NCBI RefSeq assembly: GCF_009914755.1
Contig: NC_060927.1
Strand: one strand, 5' to 3'
DNA: 64,000 nt
Source of the DNA: the human T2T-CHM13v2.0 reference genome, Homo sapiens
Shown: positions 26,804 through 40,586 of the stretch, piece by piece
How positions within the stretch are numbered: the stretch's first letter is position 1
Layout: each line of letters starts with the position of its first letter
Position numbers and translations under genes: made by a program
The notes under the pieces: generated by a model
Seen by the model: only the letters and a program-made list of their open reading frames with translations
Databases searched by the model: none
What the model was told of the DNA's origin: nothing

Positions 26804-28516
26804 TAGAGATGATATTTCCGAGGACAGTCAGCAGTAAGTATCTTCAAGGAACTAACTTTTGGCCAGCCCCCTGATGAAGACTATCATCACCAACTCATAT
26901 GTGTTAGTCCTTTCTTTTTCCTGTCTCATCCAAAGTGTATCTATTTTCTGTCTATTATATTGGTAAAGATGGCATGCAAAGACAAGAACGTGTATTCAGA
27001 AGGCATTACGGATCTATAAGAAGTGAAACTCAATGCATCTGAGAACTTTTGTATCTACTTCCTTTTCCTCACTCGTGCAAATAAACACTTAGTGAACATC
27101 ATCTATGTGCAAGAAACAGTAAAGTGTGCTATAGGGACAAGATGCAAATATAATTCCTTTCTTTTAGGCTTTTAGAACTCCTACTATGGGAAGGTGCACA
27201 AAACAGAACAGGCTTCAGGGTGGAATCTGTCTGAAAAAAATAAAAACAAAGTGCCATTCAGGTTAAATGACATCCCAGTACATTCCTAGAGATGGCTGGA
27301 TCATAGCAAGTTGTCACCTTTTCACTTTTGCTCCTGAACTTTAAATTACCCAGAAGAATGCCTGAAATGCTCATGGTGTCTGTGTGAGTGCCTGTGCAAG
27401 TGTGAGTGTACACATGTGGACAGGGAATGTACTCACATCAGATCTTCAGGGAACTCTGACATGTACAAGAGAATCTTGACTCATCAGTTTGGGTGGGAGA
27501 CACAGCACCAGGAAGGAGAAAGTGTGGTAACTTGTACTCAGGAACCCTTTTCTGATCACTGTGATCTGAATGAATCGTGGGTTCTAAATTTCCACTTAGA
27601 GAATTCTCATCTCATTTAGAGTCTATGAAATTCAGGATCCCCAAAATTCAGGATCTCCCCTGAGAATTCTGAAGAAACCTGAAAATAATAGATTTCAGTA
27701 GTCCCGTGAAGAAGGGCTTTTTGACGGTCAAAATTCTAGAGCAGTAATGATCTCTTGCGTTGCTCCAATGATTATATCTTTCATGGAGGTAGCCACAGGA
27801 ACTCTGGAAATAACAGAACACTCCAGGTCTCTCCAGGGATTGCAGATACCACTTACTCCGATGAGTAGGAGTGAAATAGAGTTCCTAAGGTAACTATAAT
27901 ACAAACCAGAACATCTCTCTGCCTTCTTAGCTAAAAGTCTTAGAATCAGACCGACCCTGGGATGCAAGCCATAAGTTCCAGCAAAACTGATGAGAAGCAG
28001 TGTGACACATGCAGTGCACACCAAGGCTGTGCTGAACACTCCAAGATCCCATCCCTCAGAGTGCAACAGTTAGTTCAGTAATTCTTACATGAAATTGCTG
28101 AGTAATCTGCGTGATCCTTGGTATTTAAATTGATGAACTGAGAAGAAAGTTTGAATAATTGAATGTTTGAATATTTTCCTAAGTTTGGATATGTAAGAAA
28201 AGTCCGATCTCAGAAAGCAAGCTAAAGTGATCCGAATAATCCGAATAAAAGGAGAGTAAATTGAGATTTCTTGGAACATCTACTGTGTTTCAAGAAACGA
28301 GGCCTATTTAGTTTGAGCTTTCCTGACTAAGCTGCACATGGTAGCTTCAAATGTACATAAGGTGCCTTTTAACAGTATTACTTTTGTTTGTTTGCTTCTC
28401 TGCTACTTAAAACAGGTAATTATGTGTTCCAAAACAAAAATCACAGGGAGGAGAAATTCCCAGGGTTATTCGTCTTCATTTACTTAAAGACTTCAGGCAC
28501 TGTAAATAGGGCCAAT

Positions 28517-28851
28517 TTTTTTTTTTTTTTTGAGACAGAGTTTTTTTTTTTTTTTTTTTTTTTGAGACAGAGTCTCACTCTGTCACCACGCTTGAGTGCA
28601 GTGGTGCGATCTCGGCTCACTGCAACCTCCGCCTCCCATGTCCAAGTAATTCTCCTTGCCTCATTCTCCCAGGTAGCTGGGATTACAGGTGCTGGCCACC
28701 ACACCCGGCTATTTTTTTTTTTTTTGTATTTTTAGTAGAGACGGGGTTTCACTATGTTGGTCAGGCTGGTCTCGAACTCCTGACCTCGTTATCTGCCCAC
28801 CTCAGCCTCCCAAAGTGCTGGGATTACAGGCGTGAGCCACCGCGCCTGGCC
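28517..28851 (-). mobile_element. AluS with duplicated 3' end
   Basis: Full dimer; TSD AGGGCCAAT at 28508-28516 and 28852-28860. Confidence 0.95.
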
Positions 28852-29739
28852 AGGGCCAATATTTTTAACACAGCATTGTGAAGATACTGTAAAGGACCAT
28901 CATCCCAATGGTCCCACCAGATGATGTACTCCAGCCTCGCTATTGCTCTGTAAGGCTTATTAAGAAATATAAATATGAGATACTCAACTTTGCTGTGGAA
29001 TTACTGTGACTGTGTTTCTGTTTTAGCATCTCAGCATCTCACACACATTGTAGATGTTCTAACACTAGGTGCTATCCTGCTAAGTGCTTTTGATAGAGCC
29101 TGGGGCCTTACATATTAGCAACAATGGGTCGGGCTAGAATTTACTCCTTTAATGTGAAGAGGGGGTGAGCTTTTGAAGATAAAGGAGAGGATATAGAAAA
29201 GTGGCACTAATTAAGGTCACTCTTTGGGGTCCCTTACAAACATTATCTAATCTAATTCTCACCACAGTGAAGTGAGGTGATGTTATTATCCCACTTTAGA
29301 GATGATGTTGAGATTACATAATTAACTCAAAGTTGAGAGGCTCAGTAGCCAGGGAACTTATATTTGAGCTCAGTTTGTTTTGAACCAAAGCACTTGAAGA
29401 AACAAAGATGAGTTCCATGGTAGGATAGACTTGGGAGACTTCAGATTCAATACGTTTAAGGATTCCCCAAAGCTTTTAATATGCGGATGAGCATTGTGAG
29501 TCCCCCAGAGAGGATAGTTATGAGAAATCTTGTCTCTTTAATAAACATTGTTCAGTTTATAGCATTTGACTACTGTGGTTATATCTCTAATACCCAATAC
29601 CTTACACCTGAAAATTAAGAGCTTCAGCTTTCCTGATTAAACTGCATATGACGGTTACTTGGCAGTAAACTTGTGTTAAAAGGAGCAATGCAGTATTCCT
29701 TACTGAGAAAGACCATATGTTTAAGTCACTGCACTTCTA

Positions 29740-30370
29740 AGCTTTTCTTCATAGAGCAGTCAGAGGGATCTTGTTAAATCTGAGACAGATTATGCCTCTC
29801 CTCTGCTCAAAACCCTCCAGTGGTTTTCCTGTCTTACTTTAAGTGAGATCCCATGTCTTTCCAGAAGTCTTCAAGGCCTAACATGAGCTAGTCCCTCATA
29901 CTTTCCTGACATCATCTCCCCCTACATTTACCTGCTTTTTTCTCACTTTGTTCTATCACAATGGCTTCTATGCTGTTCCTAGAATGAATTAGACAGCCTC
30001 CTGCCTCAAGGAATTTACATGTGCTCTACGTGGAGTACTCACCTTCATAAATCTGTGAACTCGCACTCTCCCTTCTCTCAAGTTTTTGTTTCATCAAACC
30101 TCAGAGAGGCTTTATCTGTCCAGGTCCTTTAAACTTACATTCGCACGCAATACTTCCCATATCCTTTCCACTTGTTTATTTATTTTTTCCTCTAAAGCAC
30201 TTATTCACATCTAAGATACTATATATATTTTTTATTTTGTTGCTGCAACCCTCCTTTTAGAATGAGGCCAGGGATTCTTGATTATTTTGTTTACTTTTTT
30301 AGTCCCAGCATCCAAAACAGTGCCTGGCACTGAGTAGGCACTCAGATGTTTGCTGAATGAATGAATGAGT
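29740..30370 (+). mobile_element. L2 3' end
   Basis: CTCCTCTGCTCAAAACCCTCCAGTGG...ACAGTGCCTGGCACTGAGTAGGCACTCA...TGCTGAATGAATGAATGA tail. Confidence 0.85.
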
Positions 30371-31913
30371 TTTATCTCACTGTTAATATATATTTTTGAA
30401 AAATGCTTCTTTAGTTAACTATTTCTATAGTTCTAAAGTTTATTTTCTCTAATATATAGTTCAACCACTTATCTACTTCAATAGAGAACTAACAGTGAAT
30501 ATCACTTATGGAGCTCATGTTTCAGGGGACTTTAATAACTTCAAAATCAAAGTTCTGATTAAATAAGCACACCCTTATTTAGATCAGGTTATTTGGGTCC
30601 AAGAGATTGGGAGCACTGACTGAGGTTAAAGTATATAACATTCACAAGAAGCAAACCTCAAGATTAACTTTTCATAAATGAGAAAACTGAAGCTTAAAGA
30701 AACCAACTTTTCCCAGAAGACTCCTTTAGTTAGTGGTTGACTCGTGACTGGAACACAGTTCTCTAAATTGCTAGAAAACACTTCTTTCTACCAGAATAAT
30801 CAGCAATTCTTGATCACGATTCTCTACCTTTAACATCCTTACATCATTAGATATGGCATAGTATAATAGATATTGTGTCATTATTGTATTACATGTTATG
30901 TTTTACATATAAGTTTTACAAATATGTTTTACATATTGCTGACTGATCAGGAACCGGGAATGCTGTTTTTGTTGTAGCTCCAGTTTCTAATAGAATAAAA
31001 ATTATAACAAGCAGTATTTATATGACATTATGTGCTGTGCATGCTATTCTAAGTATTTTATGTATTCTAACTGATTTAATCCTCAGGAAAAAATATTATT
31101 CGGTCAATTATTTTTATTATCTCATTTTATACATGAAGGGTAAGCATAAATTTGAACTGTGAGGTGCAAATAAAAGTTGTTGATGAAAGTAATATAATTT
31201 TTACAGATTCAGTTCTAGCTGAAGAAAGCTATCAGTGTGTATGTTTTGGTTTTTGTGTGTAAAGATCTAGTTTCATTTTGGGACTCAATTCAAGAAAATG
31301 ACTCTGAAGTATATGCATTTTTAGTTCTATTTCTATATGAAGTAAGAAGTTCAAAGCTTTTTTATTTTATGTCCAAAATGTTCAAAGTGGTTTCATGTTT
31401 CTTTTAACTCTAATGAGATGACATGAAAAAATATATTGTACATGTTGGTTAAGACATTTGAAGGATATTGGGAAACATAAAGATATATATGTATAAATCT
31501 ACATCTCACCATGGGATTTGCTATCTTTTGGTTTCTTACTTCCAGATACATCTGAAACCAAACATATACTATTCTAATCATGATTTAAAATTCTCCTAAA
31601 TTGGCATCATAGTTAACAGCTGCACAGCTGAATGACACCCTCCATAGCCTTACAATTTGAACACAAACTATTTTGTAAGTAATTTACATTATGTTTAGTT
31701 CTGCAGATGTGTTTTACAAAACTGTTTAATGCTTTTGGTTTTTCATTGCTTTTTAAAAAAAAATCCTTCCAATAAATGTTTGTAGGATTGACATACATAT
31801 GTTGGGATTTATGTCTTATTTAGTGCCTTCATTATGTTTAGTCCCACCTGTTGTTTGTTTATTCGGAATAATATTTTACCTAGGTTTTAAGTTATTTTAA
31901 TCAGTTAGACAAA

Positions 31914-32021
31914 TTAGCTAGACAAAAAGTATGAGCAAGAAGAAAGTCTGTTTGCAGATTGCCGTTATCTGGGCATTCATGCTTTTGGCATTTCATCTAA
32001 CTATCCATTTCCTAGCGGAAA
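31914..32021 (+). repeat. 108-bp dispersed direct repeat, copy 1
   Basis: Ungapped match to 34877-34984 with 6 mismatches by manual alignment. Confidence 0.95.
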
Positions 32022-34876
32022 ATGGGCAAGAAGTACTATGTTCATTTAAAAACCATCTTGAAATTGTACTCGAGTTTCCTATTTAGATGTTATTTTTGGA
32101 GTCAGTAAATAAAAGTAGTTCTAAATATTCAATGTTACACTACCTTTGGAAAAAGACTATCCAAGCTTATTAGTAATAATCACAATACTAAAGAATTCAT
32201 TAAATTGTCATATCACATATTATTTGAAAGTTATTTATTTTATAACCTATTAATCTATTTCTCTCTTATATGGCTTATGGGAAAGCCTCACATTTGAGCA
32301 GCCAAATTGGGCCTTTGGGATTTAATAGCTTCTTGGTGTGACTGAGGACTATGATTCTAAATACGGAAGGGCTCAGTCTTGTGGGTAAATACTGAATCCA
32401 AATCCTGTAATTGTCACTGAGGAACAAACAGCTCTTGAAAACTGACATAGAATATAAACCTACTGTCTTAACAACAAAGATAATTATATATTTTCCCAAG
32501 AGTTTAATCACTCCTCTCTGACATCCTGGCCACATTCCAAAAGAAATCATCCAATTTCATTGCTGGAACTAAAAGCCTTTGTTGATTTGATCTAATCTCA
32601 TCTTCTCAATTTCCTATCACTATATACTTCTTTAAAGCTGCTTTATTACACCTAGAAGGTAGAATTTCACTTGTAACACCATATCTTGTTGTATATATCT
32701 TATTTCAGTTATGTATCATATGTGTATCTGTGAAGCAAAACAGGTGTTTGCTGAAGCCAGTGAAACAATCTTATCACCAAAAACAGGATACCGAAATTAT
32801 TCTATTTATACGAAGATTTCTAAATATTACTTTTTACCTACAATGTTTTAATTACAAAGTAAAATATTGTTTTACCAGTTTAGCATGTTAATTCTTTGCC
32901 AAAAATATTGTTAAGCATACATACTAAAAGTAGTATGGCTGATAGCCTTATATTCAGATGCTAATTGGTTCTAATAAGATTTTAATTTTTTTCACAATAT
33001 AGAAGTAACATATTTCTAGAGCATTTGGAAACTGCCAGCAAAAGAAAGAAAAAATATTCCAATAATTCTCTCAAATATAATCACATATGCTATCAGCATT
33101 TTGTTGTATATTTTTTCTTTTTTCACTTTGCATATAAAGACTTTTTTTTTCTTACAACATGGAATAGCAGTTTAAAAACTGTTATGAAACCTACATTTTC
33201 ACTCAAAGATCATCATAAGAATTTTTTTCCCAGACATAAAATATTCTTTAACACTATCATTAAAAGAGCAAAATAGAATCCCATTAGATGAATGTGTTAA
33301 AATACATGTAACTAGTCTCCAATTGTTAGACATTGAAGTTATTTCTAATCCTGTGAAGGTGTGCATAATCTGATTCTTTAAAGTTATATTAGAATGTTTT
33401 CTGGCTAAAGTCTTAGTAAATTTCATTTTAATTATAGATATCCTATTAAAGCAATACATACTTTCCACAATTTATTAAATTACTCAATTGTTTGAAGTTG
33501 CTTTGTAGAATGCTTATTCCAATGATCTTAGAACCAACATATGTAAGAGTAAGAAAGATCACAGATAACTATGAAAAACCGTGAGACAAATATTAACACC
33601 TAAATTTCCCCTTTGTATTTAATTGAATTATTATATTTTTGTTTAAGGGATGCCTTTTGTTTTTATTACAAGTGTTTAATAAATGAAAATGTTTGTTTTT
33701 CACAAATATGCCTGAATTTCACAGGTCTTGTATTTCACACCAGAAAGTAAACTCTTTTCTTTTAGTAAGGGCAATAAATTAAGACATAAGCGCTTTTCCT
33801 AAATAGTTACCTTTGGAAAAAAGTATAAACTGAAGCACAATTCATTATTTCACTAAATGTTCCTTTCAGCTGGGAGAGTATAGTGTTTAACATTTGGCTA
33901 CCAAAATTATTTTCAGTGATTATGACATCACCATACATAAATATACTAGTCTAAATAGGGATCAACCTATCTGTGTAATGTGCATCATAGTTTATCCAAA
34001 TCACATTACTTTGGCCTAACATCATCTATTTCTTGATTTTCCTTTAAATTTCTTAGGTTGCTTATCACACAACAGGAGTTTGAAAGACTTAGTTATCCCC
34101 TTTTTCCTAGTGAAAAATGAACCATAAAATTAAAATAATTTTAAAAAAGTCATCATCTCTTATGCTTTACTGATTGAAGAAGTAATATCATTATTTTTTG
34201 AGATTAGTAATTTTGTCGCTTTAAAAAATCAGATATTTATCTGGAAAACCCATCTGTCTTAAATAATGGTGAATATTTATCAGTTTATTTTAACTTATAC
34301 TGGAATGTAGAGAACACTTGACAAAGTCTAATTAATAAACCACATTGTCCACTACACTACATTCTCTGATCTTGCTCCCCTTAATATTTTCCAATAATAG
34401 TAACTTAAAAGTTGGCAATGCATACAGAGATGTTTCTTTAGACGTGTATATTTCCTAGAATATCATTAAATGTGCTTTAAAGGTAGAAGCTATGTGATTA
34501 AAGCACGAGAACACAGTTTGAAGAATTTGCCATTTGGCCCATACTTCCCCTGGGTAACTCCAATTTATCTTTTAAGTTTCAGATCAAAGTCTCTTCCTCA
34601 GGAAAGCCTACCTAGACCTGCCATTTTCAGCCTTTCTTTACATATCAGATTTCTGTGTGATGATCCTAGAACAACATTGACTATTTCTCCATAGCACTGA
34701 TCACAAATAATTGCTGTAAAAATATATCTCTTAAGCCTGTCTCTTCTGTACATCTTGTAAACGCAACAGTGGAAGTAATGACTTGCTTACCAATGGTATT
34801 TTCTCTCTTCCCAAAGTACATTAAGCATTGTTTTGTGTTGGCAATTTTGTGTAGTATACTAAGTTTTGAAAAACAC

Positions 34877-34984
34877 TTAGCTAGACAAAAAGTATGATCA
34901 AGAAGAAAGTCTATTTGCAGATTGCAGATATCTGGGCATTCATGCTTTTGGCATTTCATCTAACTATCCATTTCCTAATGGAAA
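34877..34984 (+). repeat. 108-bp dispersed direct repeat, copy 2
   Basis: Ungapped match to 31914-32021. Confidence 0.95.
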
Positions 34985-35014
34985 CCGGCAATTGCTAAAA
35001 AGTTTACTCCATTT

Positions 35015-35271
35015 CAGTATTTTCAACTAGGGGTGATTCTACCCCCTTACTGTAATCCCTCCCCATTGACATTCTGCAATGTCCAGAGACATTTGTGGTT
35101 GTCACAGCTGGGAAGAGGAGTGGAGGAGGTGGTGAGAAGGTGGTATAGGCATCTGGTGTGTTAAGGCAAGGGATACTGCTAAACATCTTCCATTGCATAG
35201 GACAGTCTCCCTCTCACAACAAAGAATAAGCTTGCCCAAAATGTCAATAGTATCTAGACTGAGTAACTCTG
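35015..35271 (+). mobile_element. MER20
   Basis: CAGTATTTTCAACTAGGGGTGATT...GCAATGTCCAGAGACATTT...CTGCTAAACATCTTCCATTGCATAGGACAG...CCCAAAATGTCAATAGT. Confidence 0.85.
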
Positions 35272-35490
35272 CTCTAGTTAAACTTTAATATACACTGGGG
35301 AATGTTTTGGTTTATGTAAGGATTATATAAGATGGTGGGCATGTACCTTATGATTTGGGTACAGTTAGGCTCTAAAGTTATTAGTCAAGCAATGCTGTAC
35401 CTACTATATGGGAGAGTACTGTAAATATTTATTATAAAATTCTATACAAACATCTTCAAAGCATTACTAAATGCTTATACATCTTCATAA

Positions 35491-35908
<418 letters not shown>

Positions 35909-36379
35909 TAATAAAGGTGATATGTGATGGTAAGGCAGAGTGCACCATTGAATCGGCATGGACACTTAGCTAGATGTAAGCTATTGAGAGTTAATCAAAA
36001 CATTTATATGGTGATAATTTCTAAATGCTACCCAAGTTTACATGATGAAATGAGAACTAACAAAATTTTGCTTTTGTGTGGATGTGGCTTTGAATGAGTA
36101 CAGTAAATATAGTCTATTGATATGTTTCAGTGTCTTGTTAGTCATTATTGAATATATATGTGTACTTTGAGATTTCTCCAGGAAAAAAACCACATGAATA
36201 ACATGTATTATTCCTCTTCCAGTGATCTACAAGATAAAGGAATATCTCAGGCAACTTAAAAGTTAGTTTACTTAAACTTGCTCTTTGGAGCAGGAAAAAT
36301 AAAATGCTTAGGTGCATATGTAGAATAATAACGAAGCACAATGTTCATTTCTAAAATGTGTAAGTGGGTAAGAATACAA

Positions 36380-36578
36380 ATGTCCATCTCTGTCACTGAC
36401 TAGCTGGGTGATGGTGGGTAAGTTTCTTAATATCGCTAGCACCTATTCTTTTTATATTAAGTGAAGAGCATAATAGTTCTCCCCTTCTAGGGGTTTTGCA
36501 AGGATTGAAACAAGTAATACACATAAAGCGCTTGTAACGGAATTAGCAATCATCAAACATTAATTGATTATTATTATT
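36380..36578 (+). mobile_element. MIR
   Basis: TCACTGACTAGCTGGGTGATGGTGGGTAAGTTTCTTAA...CATAAAGCGCTT...(ATT)n end. Confidence 0.65.
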
Positions 36579-37738
36579 GTGATTTCATCGTGAAAAAGAA
36601 AGCTCAAGATTAAGTTTATAGTTAGTAGTAGAAAACTGAACACTTTTTCAATTAATAAGGGAAGTCATATAAAGATTGTTGCTTAAAAGATTGTTCAGAA
36701 AACCATAAACACAATTTATAACACTTCTACATACAGTACTCTTCTAAATAATTCAATTTGATTTTATTTAGGGAGTTTGCAATTAATATAGTATTTTTAA
36801 AACCCAATACTCTTAAACAATAGTGAGATGGACACACAGGCTTATATAGGGTATGAAGCCAAAAAAATGAAAAGGACATATTCAATGTATATACTTATGT
36901 GTCATGAAATGAGCTTTCTAAATGCTTACCTATTTGTGTGTAGATAAGGCTTAAGAGAGGGAAACAATAGCTTCTAGAATGAAAGAATCATAGTTGTTTA
37001 AAGCTAGGAGGTCCAGACATTCCCTGACCTTATAACAACGATATGTATTGAGCAAATTATTTTTTAATACACAATACAGGGTACATAATATCTTCAGAAC
37101 TAATTTAACATTGAGAGAAAATATTACATTGTTCTTTAAATTAGATTTTTATCAAGATTTTTCTTCCATTGCACATTATACTAAATCCCACATAGTTTTT
37201 GAGAAATAGATTTCATTTGTCCATCATAAAATGATTTAAAAATGAAAAATAATATAATAAATTTAACTTAATAAATTAAGTTTAGAATGGGTATACTAAT
37301 GGATGCTTAAAGTAAGTACCAGTAAACCATTTATTTGCAAAAACTTAAGATGAGAAGTTTTCTTTTAGCTCAGATAATTCACTTACTACCCTTTATGAAA
37401 TGGCAATAGAATCTCTCTCTATAGAAACTTCTTGAAAAATACAAACATTTGTAGTTTTTGAAATGTTCTCTAAAGATTGGATAACATTTACCACTATGCT
37501 ATTTCCTAGTTTTTTATTCATGTACCCGTGGACTAATTTCAGATAATGAGTTCACTATAGTCATAATAAATTATCAAAAACATAAATCAAAAACTCAAGG
37601 GGTGCACATACACATACACATCCTATTGAAATAGAAGTTGATAGCAGGTCTCTTTAATTTATGTTCTTATCTGTTCATAGCAGAAAATCCCTCCCCTATG
37701 AAATGTTTCAATTGGTTGAGGATGTTTAGTACACAATG

Positions 37739-37758
37739 CTCTATTGCCCTCTGCTGGC
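37739..37758 (-). promoter_or_regulatory. CTCF motif candidate
   Basis: Minus strand GCCAGCAGAGGGCAATAGAG fits the core CCASYAGRKGGCR. Confidence 0.6.
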
Positions 37759-39319
37759 TGGAAAATGAGAAATAAAAACTTCTGTTCATTAACTAGATGG
37801 GACCTTAGAAAATTAAATATGGAAGATGACACAGCTCAAAATAATAAAACAATATATTAGAGTGGTAGAACATTAAAACATGAATTTTAAAAAATATTCT
37901 CACAAATTTCAAAACTCCTAAGATTTTAGTTTTTGTATTAGCTGAAAAGTTGATTATTTTACATAAACCTAAACACTCATTAATTCAAGATAATACAATT
38001 ACATAATTTTAAAGTGATAATTGCAAGTCTCATAATTGTCCAGGAATTCTGGGGATTTTCCAACAAGATATGTATGGTCCAATTGTTGGCACATTTGTGG
38101 AATATTTTTATAATATTATGATGTCTCTAGTGTGTTTATTTCTTTAAAGTAATACTTCTACCTAGTTGAAAGAATATTCTTAGCATTTTTACATAAAATT
38201 TAAAGAGTTATTTACCAATTAGAGTGACTTATTTCACATTTTTCATTCTCTGTTGAAGCATTCTTTATATATGATTCACACATCACTGAGGAAAACCAAC
38301 ATTGTTATATAATGGTGTGTAAATTCTTTAATGAAAACAAAAGTGATAATGCCCCAAGGAATACAAAATGCATACAGCAATTAATCCACCTGGTTTGATT
38401 TTACCACTACATGCTGCTTTAATGCTTGATTACATTTATTTCAAAAAGATTTCTAAAGAATATCCTTATCATCCAGGGCAGAAGATACAGACTTTATCAT
38501 TAGGGTGGCCTTGCTGGTTTTTCTAAAATGCACTTGGGTTAAAAGTTTAAAGCAAAGCTGTCATTGTTTTTTCAAAATCTTGACTGGTATTCTGAATTTG
38601 TGATTTATTTTATATTTTCAATAGTTCATCTCAGCTACAATATATATTAAAATACTCTGGTCTTCATTTCTCAAAGTGCTTTTTCTGGAGCATTTGTAAA
38701 ACTCGAGCCATGGTTCTTTGAAATAGGATTTTATCCCACCGGCTCGACCTTCTTATTCTACCCTCAGAACTAGTGTCTATTACAAATCAGGAGCATAATT
38801 TTTCACTATGGCTTCCCTGCCAAAACAACTGTCAATCCTTTCAAAAATTTCTGGAGCAAATAGTGCTTTATAATTTACTCTAACTACCTCTGATCTAGAT
38901 TGTATTCACATCTCAAACTCTCCAAGAATGTATTTTCAGTCAAATCTTTAAATCTCTTGAGGCCTTTGGTTCTCCATAAACAGAGGAAAAAGTTTCATCC
39001 TAGAAAATACTATTATTATAACAAAATGATGTAAACATATTTTTTTACTTCCCAATTCACAAGTGAGGTTTAAAAAGATGCCCTTTGCCTTTACAGTTAT
39101 TCATATTTAATACTCAGAATTTTTTACAGTTTGTATCTTAAGACTCAGGAACATAGAAAAATGAGATTCACAGAGATGAAAAACGTCTCCACATTTACAC
39201 AGGATGGCCTGTTAGTCAGAAGCCAGGTCTGCCTGACTTCTGGTGCATGGTCTTTTTATGACCCTTTGTAGTCTCTGGGAGTGAAGAACGAAGGAGGGAA
39301 ACCATTTGTATTAGAATTA

Positions 39320-39860
39320 TAAAGTGATCATGCCCTTTGATATAGTATTTCCAACTCTAGGAAGCTAAGGAAATATTTCATATATAGTAAAAGATGTCTA
39401 TGGTGGTATTAAAATAACGTGGGAATAAAGAGGATAAAACTAGAAGAGGTCTAAATTTCTAATAAAATAACAAAGAACTTAACAATGGTATGTTATTAAA
39501 TTGAATATTACAGTCATTAAAAATAATAACTGGGAGCTACTTGAAAACTTATGAGTTGCTTAGGATAAAATTAGCAATCTAAATCTTACATTTTATGTAA
39601 TTAAAATGGAATACATAAGTTTATAGGTAGTGACAAAAAAGGTGTCCTGTGTGTTATTGGGTGAAGGAAGTTGTGAAGCAATAACATAAAATCCAGGATA
39701 CCACATTAAAAAATAATATATATGTCCTAGAATATGTGAGCCCAATTTTGTGTAATATATATCAACTTTGTTGGTGAAACAGACAATAAAACCAGTAATT
39801 TTTAAAGTATATATTTCCATACTATTTAAGTTTTACAGCATGTGTTACTTTTAGAATAAA
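39320..39860 (+). mobile_element. Ancient L1M(E)-like relic
   Basis: CCCTTTGATATAGTATTTCCAACTCTAGGAA...GAATATTACAGTCATTAAAAA resembles a degraded L1 ORF2 end/3'UTR. Confidence 0.45.
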
Positions 39861-40253
39861 AATAAGAAAGATACAATATTTACAGAGTTACTAGAGTTAT
39901 GTTGAAATACACCAAAATAGCAATCGTTGGTATCTTAGTGTGAGGAATATATATTTTTATTTTCCTAAATTTAAAATGTTTTCAGTATGTTTATATTTAT
40001 TTTTATTGAAAAATATAAAATGAGTATTATAATAATAATTAAAGCTCTTTTCAACTTTTAAGTCAAGTCTCTTCTATTTCTTCGTTTGGAGAATTTTTAT
40101 GAGAACTATTGTTTTACTTTCCTATTTTTGCAGTAGGCAGCAGGCGCTATTCATAAGTAACTCCCTCAGGTAGGTCTGTCACTTTTACGGATCTAACTTA
40201 CTTTGTTAATTTCTATGGAAATGTTAAAATAGAAAGCTGGCTTGACTGAATTA

Positions 40254-40586
<333 letters not shown>

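Noticed and set aside
27884-27900. CCTAAGGTAACTATAA resembling halves of the I-CeuI site
   Set aside because: The halves are in the wrong order and there is no rDNA or vector context; coincidence
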